64,000 nucleotides of DNA from an uncultured Nitrospirales bacterium (lineage in GTDB: Bacteria > UBA10199 > JADGCS01). The notes under the pieces were generated by a model, which did no database searches, was not told the DNA's origin, and saw only the letters and a list, made by a program, of their open reading frames with translations. Location of the stretch: contig CAZSTS010000003.1 of NCBI GenBank assembly GCA_964609965.1, positions 199,537-263,536 of the forward strand, written 5' to 3'. The position numbers and the translations under genes are program-made. Within the stretch, counting starts at the first letter, position 1. Every line of letters begins with the position of its first letter. Positions 57,595 through 64,000 of the stretch are shown here, in pieces.

Positions 57595-58767
57595 TTGACG
57601 GACATGAGTCATTCCCTACCTTTAAAAGGCATTCAGATACTCGATTTCTCCAGGCTTGTTCCTGGCCCATTCTGTACAAAAATCCTTTCTGATTTTGGAG
57701 CCACTGTTATTAAAATAGAGGATTTGTTTAAGGGCGATTATCTCAGTCAATGGGGCTCTCGTATCGGTAATAAAGAAAGCCTCTTAGATGTGTATTTTAA
57801 TAAAAACAAAAAGCGATTGGCTTTGGACTGTTTTTCTGCAGAAGGTCTTAAGGTTATTTATGACTTGGTAAAAAAATCTGATGTATTTATCGAATCAAGC
57901 AGACCAGGTATTTTGGCTAAAAAAGGTTTAGGATCTCCCAAGCTTCATCAAATTAATTCTAAACTCATCTACGTTTCTTTAACTGGCTACGGAAAAGACA
58001 AAAAAAGAAGTCAAAAAGCAGGGCACGATATCAACTTTATGGCGACTTCGGGTATTTTGTCGCATTTTATCCCAGAGCCTTCCCAAGTATCATCAAAAAA
58101 AGCAGAGCTTTCTATGCCAAAGTATCCCTTAGCTGATTTTGTAGGAGGAGGGCTTTTTTCCGCCATGATGATTATGGTGCAACTTACGAATCCAGATAGA
58201 AAAAACATCAAATGTGACGTTTCAATGGTAGAAGCGTTAGCGTATCTCAATCATCACAACTTGTTTTATAAAGAAGCACGAGACTTGAGTATGATTGAGG
58301 GCGATCTGGCTCGTTATCGTCTCTATATCACAAAAGATAATCAATGGGTGGCTTTAGGGGCCTTGGAAGACAAGTTTTGGTCTCAGTTTTGTGATGTGGT
58401 GAGTTTGCCACGTCTTAAAGGTATTGGCTTTAATCTTAATAAGAATAAGAAGGCTATTCTCATTCTGAAGAAGCTGTTTCAAAGTAAAACACGTCGTTAT
58501 TGGGAAAAATTCAGCATGAAGCACGATGTGTGCTTGAGCGTTCTCTCTCATAAGCAAGATTTGGTTCAAGAAGGTTATTTAAGTCCTCAGGCATTATCTC
58601 TGGGTAAAAGAGAGATAAAAACCCATGAGCTGAATTCACTGAAATCTCAAAAAAAGCAATATTATCATACAAAAGGACAAGACACTGTTGCCATTTTAAA
58701 AGGTCTTGGTTACAGCAGCCAAAAAATCAAACATCTGATACAAAAGGGTGTTCTCAAAACAGGGTAA
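57595..58767 (+). CDS. Family III CoA-transferase (CaiB/BaiF / alpha-methylacyl-CoA racemase-like)
   Basis: N-terminal LKGIQILDFSRLVPGPFCTKILSDFGA is the CoA_transf_3 signature. Confidence 0.8.
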   Translation: MTDMSHSLPLKGIQILDFSRLVPGPFCTKILSDFGATVIKIEDLFKGDYLSQWGSRIGNKESLLDVYFNKNKKRLALDCFSAEGLKVIYDLVKKSDVFIESSRPGILAKKGLGSPKLHQINSKLIYVSLTGYGKDKKRSQKAGHDINFMATSGILSHFIPEPSQVSSKKAELSMPKYPLADFVGGGLFSAMMIMVQLTNPDRKNIKCDVSMVEALAYLNHHNLFYKEARDLSMIEGDLARYRLYITKDNQWVALGALEDKFWSQFCDVVSLPRLKGIGFNLNKNKKAILILKKLFQSKTRRYWEKFSMKHDVCLSVLSHKQDLVQEGYLSPQALSLGKREIKTHELNSLKSQKKQYYHTKGQDTVAILKGLGYSSQKIKHLIQKGVLKTG

Positions 58768-58771
58768 TTCA

Positions 58772-59452
58772 ATGGAACCTGGATCATTATACATAGTAGC
58801 GACTCCAATAGGAAACCTGGGCGATATGACTCAGAGAGCCTCAGATATCCTTAAGTTGGTTGATTATGTTCTCGCTGAAGATACGCGTGTGACCTTAAAA
58901 TTAACCAACCACTTAGGTCTTAAAAAAAGGATGTTTGCCTATACAGATCATGCCTCAGAAGCTCAGGAAGAAAAGATTATTCAAGAACTTCAGTCAGGAA
59001 AAAACATTGCTCTGGTTTCAGATGCAGGGACCCCTTGTATTTCGGACCCCGGAGCTCAGTTACTCAAAAAGGTTTTGGCTGAGGATATCGAAGTCATACC
59101 CGTGAGTGGGCCAAGTTCGGTATCAACACTGATCTCTGTGTTTGGTGCGCCGAGTTTGTCTTATCACTTTTGGGGTTTTTTCCCGATCAAAAGAAAGAAA
59201 CAGCGCGATCTCATGGATCGCATAGATTCAATTCCCGGAATTCATGTTTTCTTTGAATCTCCTTATAGGATATTAAAGACCTTAGATAAGTTTTTTCTTA
59301 CAAAGGATAATTACCATATGGTGATTGGGCGAGAGATGACAAAATTACACGAGACCTATTACAGAGGGACGCCTAAAGAAGTTTTAGATCAGCTGGGTCG
59401 CGATAAAGTCAAAGGTGAGTTTTGTGTTGGTGTGATGAAGGGGGAAAAGTAA
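58772..59452 (+). CDS. rsmI: 16S rRNA (cytidine1402-2'-O)-methyltransferase
   Basis: Starts LYIVATPIGNLGDMTQRA, followed by the tetrapyrrole-methylase-like fold. Start placed after the upstream stop. Confidence 0.85.
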   Translation: MEPGSLYIVATPIGNLGDMTQRASDILKLVDYVLAEDTRVTLKLTNHLGLKKRMFAYTDHASEAQEEKIIQELQSGKNIALVSDAGTPCISDPGAQLLKKVLAEDIEVIPVSGPSSVSTLISVFGAPSLSYHFWGFFPIKRKKQRDLMDRIDSIPGIHVFFESPYRILKTLDKFFLTKDNYHMVIGREMTKLHETYYRGTPKEVLDQLGRDKVKGEFCVGVMKGEK

Positions 59453-60352
59453 ATGGAATATAAGTGGAGAGTAAAAAAGAGCGAGCGTGGAATTAGTCTC
59501 GAAAACTTTATCTACAAAAAACTCGGTGATTGGTCTCATAAGCAGGTCAAAACTTCTATCGATAATAAGCGGGCTTTTATCAATGGTCGCAATGTCTTTA
59601 TTTCAAAGTGGAATCTTAAACCAAATGACTTGGTTCTTTTTGCACCTGCCAAAGGAGATCTTCAAAAGACGCAAAAAGGCCGTTATCGCTTTATTGATGT
59701 TTTGTATGAAGATTCTTACCTTATTTCTACAAACAAGCCAGCTTACGCCGAGTTTGAGGAATACGCAGGGGCTGTGCAAGATTATTTAAAGCGAAAAAAC
59801 AAAGTAAAAAGCTATCCTTATTTGGGGCAGATGCATCGCTTGGACAAAGAAACCACAGGTGTGATGATTTATACTAAGAAGAAGTCTGCTAATTCATTGG
59901 CAGATCAATTCCGAGCGCATAAGATTAGTAAAAGTTATCTGGCTTTGGTTGATGGGCGTGTTTCAAAGGAGCAGGGCACAATCAAAAAGTTTCTTGAAAA
60001 GGGTGATTTTGAAGAAGGGAAAAAGGTGCGTATTGCCCAGAAGCCTTCAAAGGGTTTGTCAGCTGTGACGATTTTTCAAGTTGTTGAGCGGTATGCAAAT
60101 GCGACCTTGTTGCAGGTTGAGATTCTCACAGGGAGGACTCACCAGATTCGAGTTCACTTAAGTGATATGGGGCACCCTATTGTGGGAGATAAGCTGTATG
60201 GCAACCCAGAGGGGATAGATTTTAGAAGGCAGGCTTTGCATGCTGAGAAACTTGCTTTTAAGCACCCTGTGACACATCAAAAAACAAAAATCATAGCTCC
60301 AGTTGCTGAAGATATGGCTAAACTTATAGATGAATTGAGAGATGCGGCGTAG
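59453..60352 (+). CDS. RluA-family pseudouridine synthase with an N-terminal S4-like domain
   Basis: HRLDKETTGV catalytic motif. GRTHQIRVHL motif. Confidence 0.85.
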   Translation: MEYKWRVKKSERGISLENFIYKKLGDWSHKQVKTSIDNKRAFINGRNVFISKWNLKPNDLVLFAPAKGDLQKTQKGRYRFIDVLYEDSYLISTNKPAYAEFEEYAGAVQDYLKRKNKVKSYPYLGQMHRLDKETTGVMIYTKKKSANSLADQFRAHKISKSYLALVDGRVSKEQGTIKKFLEKGDFEEGKKVRIAQKPSKGLSAVTIFQVVERYANATLLQVEILTGRTHQIRVHLSDMGHPIVGDKLYGNPEGIDFRRQALHAEKLAFKHPVTHQKTKIIAPVAEDMAKLIDELRDAA

Positions 60353-60372
60353 AGTCTTGTGTCGAAGGGCAT

Positions 60373-60406
60373 AAAAAAAACGCTCATCAATGATGAGCGC
60401 TTTTTG
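60373..60406. terminator. Bidirectional rho-independent terminator (A-run, gcgctcatc-aat-gatgagcgc, T-run)
   Basis: 9-bp perfect stem flanked by A and T tracts between convergent genes. Confidence 0.8.
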
Positions 60407-60455
60407 GGGTTTGGGAGTTAAGGGTTTACTTCATATTTAACGATGTAAGAAAAAC

Positions 60456-62003
60456 TTACATAGTAGGCAATACATACCCTGAATCATCAATAGTCTCTTC
60501 AATGGTTTCTATTGTATCCGAGTCAGTATCAATACCAACTTCAAGATCCATGGTTCCTGAGGCAATTGTGATGTCTAAAGTAGTCACTTCGTCTGTTAAA
60601 AGACCATCAGCATCAGTATCAAAGAGGAAGCTGCCAGTTCCGTCATATTCACAGCTTACTGTTGGTGCATAGGTTATGTAGGCTAGGTCTGAAGATACTA
60701 CACCAGTAGTGCTTACGCTCATTTCTTGATATTGAGCATATTCTACTATTGTGTGGTTAGAATTTGGTCCCGCCCAGTTACAGATAAAGCCATCGATACT
60801 ACCGTCAGTAGTCTCAACATCTTCACCATAACCATAGAAGGCAAATGCTGATGCGCCACTGTTTTCAAGCGCAAGGTTAAAGACACGAGAATTGCCATCG
60901 TGATGACCAGCTTGCCATGAAAAGGCATAGGTTCCTACTAAATCAGCAGGGTCAAAGTTTCCTGTAAAGATACTGAAGTTGTCGCCCCAGCCAGTTGGAG
61001 TAGTTGCTGAATATTTCAGACTTGGATCAACAAGTTGTGTAACAGTATCGCGACCATCTGAATCATGTTCACAGAAAACTGCGCTTCTGACTTCTTGGGC
61101 CATGTCTGTTGATGATGCGGCATCATATTCAATCGAACCGTTGTGAGTTACGTCAGAGGCAGGGCAATTTCCACCGGTGAATGAATCATTCACGAGAAAA
61201 GAGGCCACTCCTGAGTAAACAGCGGGATTAGATGTAGGAACGTGTTCCATATCAACAACAATATCATAAGAATCAGCAAGAGGTGCGTATGTGAATTCTA
61301 AATTATATGAATAAACATCATAACTGCCAACTGATGCATAACTCATGATAGCTGCTGTAAACGTTGTATCAGTGATACCAAGTGCGTTCATTTCGGTTAA
61401 GAGATTCACACTGGGATTAGTAGCGCTAGGGAGTGAAAGGCCATTGGCAATAGCTGTGCAGACCATGCTAGCTAAGCCTGATAAAGTTGCATTGGATTTA
61501 TCTTGTGCGCTAGTCATACGTGCATTGAGTTGCGCGGCCGAACAGGCATTTAAAGTAGTAGGGTCAGTTTCGAGCCAAATACCGACATCGCCAGTTGGTA
61601 ATGTTCCCGAATTTGGTATGCTTGAGCCATCAGGGTGATCTTCATAAGCAACTAAAGGGCCATAGCAATCAGCATCGGCTTCTAAAGTGAGAAAATCCGC
61701 GGGATCAAAAGTACAGGAAGCAATGCTTCCAGCAGTGAGTAGATTATTTATCTCTTCAGACACTTGTTGGTATGTAGGAACAAATGCACTTGAAGTGGCA
61801 TACTTGACACTTGAAGAAACGCTAGCAGATGTGCTTTCTGTGAGAGACAGAGGTGAAGATACTGCTAAAGTACTTGGAAAAATTGAGGACCCAGCAGAAC
61901 TTGATGTAGAACTGTCAGTAGTATTACATGCAACACAAACCATAGGTATGAGAACTATTGAGAATAGTGTTTTTAGGTATTTTTTGATGTTAAATTTTTT
62001 CAT
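60456..62003 (-). CDS. Ser/Thr-rich secreted lipoprotein (515 aa) with an Asp/Thr-rich C-terminus
   Basis: Lipobox (MVCVAC). Low-complexity S/T-rich N-terminal third. Confidence 0.45.
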   Translation of the reverse strand: MKKFNIKKYLKTLFSIVLIPMVCVACNTTDSSTSSSAGSSIFPSTLAVSSPLSLTESTSASVSSSVKYATSSAFVPTYQQVSEEINNLLTAGSIASCTFDPADFLTLEADADCYGPLVAYEDHPDGSSIPNSGTLPTGDVGIWLETDPTTLNACSAAQLNARMTSAQDKSNATLSGLASMVCTAIANGLSLPSATNPSVNLLTEMNALGITDTTFTAAIMSYASVGSYDVYSYNLEFTYAPLADSYDIVVDMEHVPTSNPAVYSGVASFLVNDSFTGGNCPASDVTHNGSIEYDAASSTDMAQEVRSAVFCEHDSDGRDTVTQLVDPSLKYSATTPTGWGDNFSIFTGNFDPADLVGTYAFSWQAGHHDGNSRVFNLALENSGASAFAFYGYGEDVETTDGSIDGFICNWAGPNSNHTIVEYAQYQEMSVSTTGVVSSDLAYITYAPTVSCEYDGTGSFLFDTDADGLLTDEVTTLDITIASGTMDLEVGIDTDSDTIETIEETIDDSGYVLPTM

Positions 62004-62204
62004 ATCTTTCTCCTTTTATTATGTTCATTAAGTGTACATGCAAATTGCCTGCCATAAGGCCAATAAAATTATATACAATTGAAATAATTGATGTTTTATC
62101 TGACTTGATATTAACACGCAGACCATTCAATCCCGTTTAAATACATTTAAATGAGATTCTCTGTGTACATAATCGGTTAAATGTGTATTCGAGAGAGAAG
62201 GAAA

Positions 62205-63605
62205 TTAGAGGCTATTCATGGCTATTTTTGAGCTCAGAACAGCTGATTCAATCGTGGGCGGGAGGTTTGTTTGGGTCCAATCACCGACGATACTGAAATT
62301 CTCGAGGACCTTTTGCCTTGGTCTGATCTCATCAATTTCAGGACTACAGTTTATGGTCGCATCTCTTTCAATATTAACAAGTGAATGTGTGAGTTTTGCT
62401 TCTTTCACTTTCGGATAAATTCTTTCCAGGTCCTTCATGGCAAGGGCAACAATTTCTTCTTTGCTTTTATCTAGAAAATCATAGGCGCCACTGATGGTGC
62501 CTACTACGTGCCTCGTGCTTCGTTCTTCGTTCCTCGTGCTTCGTCCCTCGTCGGACTTATTAAAGAACCAGTGGACTGTTGTAGAGGAGCTGCCGATAAA
62601 GAAATCTGTCATCACAGGACGGTCAAAGAAAAGGTTTAAGGAAACAATAGGAGAGCCTGTGAGTTGTTCGAGATTTTTAAAGGATTCATCTGTGTCGACA
62701 ATGGTTCGAGGGAGGGCATTCAAGAGAGCTCTCGGTGGCAAAGCAGATATATAGAGAGACGCCTTGAGTTCTGTGTTGTCCGCAAGATGAAAGGCCTGCA
62801 CTTTGTTGTCTAAAATACGGATTTCTTTAAGCCCAAGGTCTGTAATGATTTTATGACCACGGAGTTCAAGATACTTTCTTATAGGGTTGGCAAAAACATT
62901 TGAGAGACCTTCTTTTGGAAAGATCAAAAAACCATCTCTTTTCTGGGCAAAAAAACTGTTTATGAGGACTTGAACCAAAGAATTGGCTGAGGCAGCTTCC
63001 ACGCTGTTATTCAGGGTGGCCATTGTGAATGGTTCCCAAAAGCTGTTTATGGCTTTCTCCCCTTGCGCGTGTTTTTGGAGCCATTTTGACACTGTGAGGT
63101 TTAGGGGAGGATCTGATTTACCTGTATTAATTTTTTTGAGTTCTCGAGAAAGACCTATCAATCCAAATTTTTCTTTTATACTCATGCCGCCAAAAAACAA
63201 AATTGCTAAAGCGAGATTTAAAGGAGCGGGTAATAATCTCAGACAGAAAACATTTCTTTTAAACTTTGAGTCTAATAAAGGGACGATAGTTGGGATTTGG
63301 TATTTGATCTTGTGTTTTGCTCCTACGCGTTCAAGAAGCTTAATGGTTTCGTGGTAAGCTCCGATCATGAGGTGTTGTCCATTGTCGATTGTCTTCCCAG
63401 TTTTTTTATCTGTAAATGAGTATGTTCTTCCGCCCAAAATAGATTTTCGTTCAATCAATGTTACTTTGTAACCCAATTCATCGAGCATGACAGCTGCAGC
63501 AAGGCCTGCCAGACCTCCTCCAGCAATGAGGGCAGAGTTAGGGTGTGCCTCGTGGATCGTGCCTCGTTCTTCGTGGGGTGAGGGTTGTGGATCGGAGTGT
63601 TGCAT
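62205..63605 (-). CDS. FAD-dependent amine-oxidase/phytoene-desaturase family oxidoreductase (HpnE-like squalene-associated desaturase) carrying two repeat-derived insertions
   Basis: GxGxxG (IAGGGLAGLAAA). Family similarity and its position next to a squalene/phytoene synthase gene. Confidence 0.75.
   Translation of the reverse strand: MQHSDPQPSPHEERGTIHEAHPNSALIAGGGLAGLAAAVMLDELGYKVTLIERKSILGGRTYSFTDKKTGKTIDNGQHLMIGAYHETIKLLERVGAKHKIKYQIPTIVPLLDSKFKRNVFCLRLLPAPLNLALAILFFGGMSIKEKFGLIGLSRELKKINTGKSDPPLNLTVSKWLQKHAQGEKAINSFWEPFTMATLNNSVEAASANSLVQVLINSFFAQKRDGFLIFPKEGLSNVFANPIRKYLELRGHKIITDLGLKEIRILDNKVQAFHLADNTELKASLYISALPPRALLNALPRTIVDTDESFKNLEQLTGSPIVSLNLFFDRPVMTDFFIGSSSTTVHWFFNKSDEGRSTRNEERSTRHVVGTISGAYDFLDKSKEEIVALAMKDLERIYPKVKEAKLTHSLVNIERDATINCSPEIDEIRPRQKVLENFSIVGDWTQTNLPPTIESAVLSSKIAMNSL
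62508..62556. repeat. Heptanucleotide array (gtgcctc gtgcttc gttcttc gttcctc gtgcttc gtccctc gtcggac) inside the hpnE-like CDS
   Basis: 7 in-frame units that encode SDEGRSTRNEERSTRH. Confidence 0.7.
63545..63602. repeat. Heptanucleotide array (gtgcctc gtggatc gtgcctc gttcttc gtggggt gagggtt gtggatc) encoding the N-terminal 20 aa of the hpnE-like ORF
   Basis: The annotated N-terminus MQHSDPQPSPHEERGTIHEAH maps onto the repeat. Confidence 0.65.
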
Positions 63606-63610
63606 TCTAT

Positions 63611-64000
63611 TTAGTTCCTGGATCGTTTGAAAAACAGAGGAATGATAATCAAAGCCTTTTCAAAGTAATTCAAGGAGACTTTTTTTCTCAAAACAGGAAA
63701 GTTCTGCTTTTTCATTTTTTTGAAAATCTTAAAATAAGTCTTTGCCATCACTTTGGCAGCAATGAGTTTGCCTTCTTTATCTCGAGCAAATTCCTCAAAA
63801 GCGCTCTTGTAGTACTCCAGAGCTCTGCTGTAATAAAGCTTCATCAACTCTTTGAAGGCCTCATTATCTGTAAGATTTAAAAGCTCTTCTTCTGAATACC
63901 CAAATTTCTCTATGTCTTCCTGAGGGAGATAAACCCGGTTAAGTTTAATGTCATCCCTAATGTCTCTCATGATGTTAGTCAGTTGAAAGGCTAGACCAAG
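63611..64000 (-). CDS. Squalene/phytoene synthase family protein (HpnD/CrtB-like), 5'-truncated by the window edge
   Basis: The reading frame continues to the window edge. The conserved motif LGLAFQLTNIMRDIRDD...RVYLPQED matches the second Asp-rich region of squalene/phytoene synthases. Confidence 0.8.
   Translation of the reverse strand, partial: LGLAFQLTNIMRDIRDDIKLNRVYLPQEDIEKFGYSEEELLNLTDNEAFKELMKLYYSRALEYYKSAFEEFARDKEGKLIAAKVMAKTYFKIFKKMKKQNFPVLRKKVSLNYFEKALIIIPLFFKRSRN

Noticed and set aside
1-64000. tRNA, rRNA or CRISPR arrays
   Set aside because: There are no GTTCGAATC-type T-arm signatures and no rRNA-like conserved blocks. The tandem heptamer arrays lack the 25-40-nt direct repeats and unique spacers of CRISPR.

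Overview
This is an AT-rich (about 38-40% GC) bacterial chromosomal window. Gene content (a sigma-54 activator, split complex I genes nuoHJKLMN, a histone-H1-like Lys/Ala protein, hpnD/hpnE-like genes, many secreted proteases and lipoproteins) suggests a Bdellovibrio-like or Bacteriovoracaceae-like deltaproteobacterium, but that is inference only. The housekeeping genes include a partner-switching module, folC, murJ, an acyl-CoA carboxyltransferase, purC, purE, a Crp/Fnr regulator, an NfnAB/SudAB-like pair, fadA with a FadN-type fusion, a deoxynucleoside kinase, panB, plsB, nuoHJKLMN, DAHP synthase, rsmI, an RluA-family synthase and hpnE/hpnD. Two things stand out beyond these. First, a co-directional operon of about eight kb on the minus strand (about 19.1-27.7 kb) has no recognisable system-level homology and looks like a candidate undescribed system. 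It contains two tandem paralogous small proteins, an Hpn-like His/Cys-rich secreted protein, an extremely acidic Tyr/Asp/Cys-rich lipoprotein, two translationally coupled unknown cytoplasmic proteins, a membrane protein, an embedded DUF4160 / DUF2442-HTH pair, and a large protein with an HExxH motif. Three copies of a perfect operator-like palindrome TCGTGTCC-N4-GGACACGA sit in front of it and inside it. Second, a pervasive family of degenerate tandem heptanucleotide arrays occupies many gene boundaries (at least 14 loci in 64 kb). Some fill entire intergenic spacers in the nuo operon, one forms a long hairpin, and two intrude into the reading frame of the hpnE-like gene. Other smaller observations include a MITE-like inverted-repeat element, structured intergenic RNAs, a repeated 25-nt motif and a possible three-gene island.
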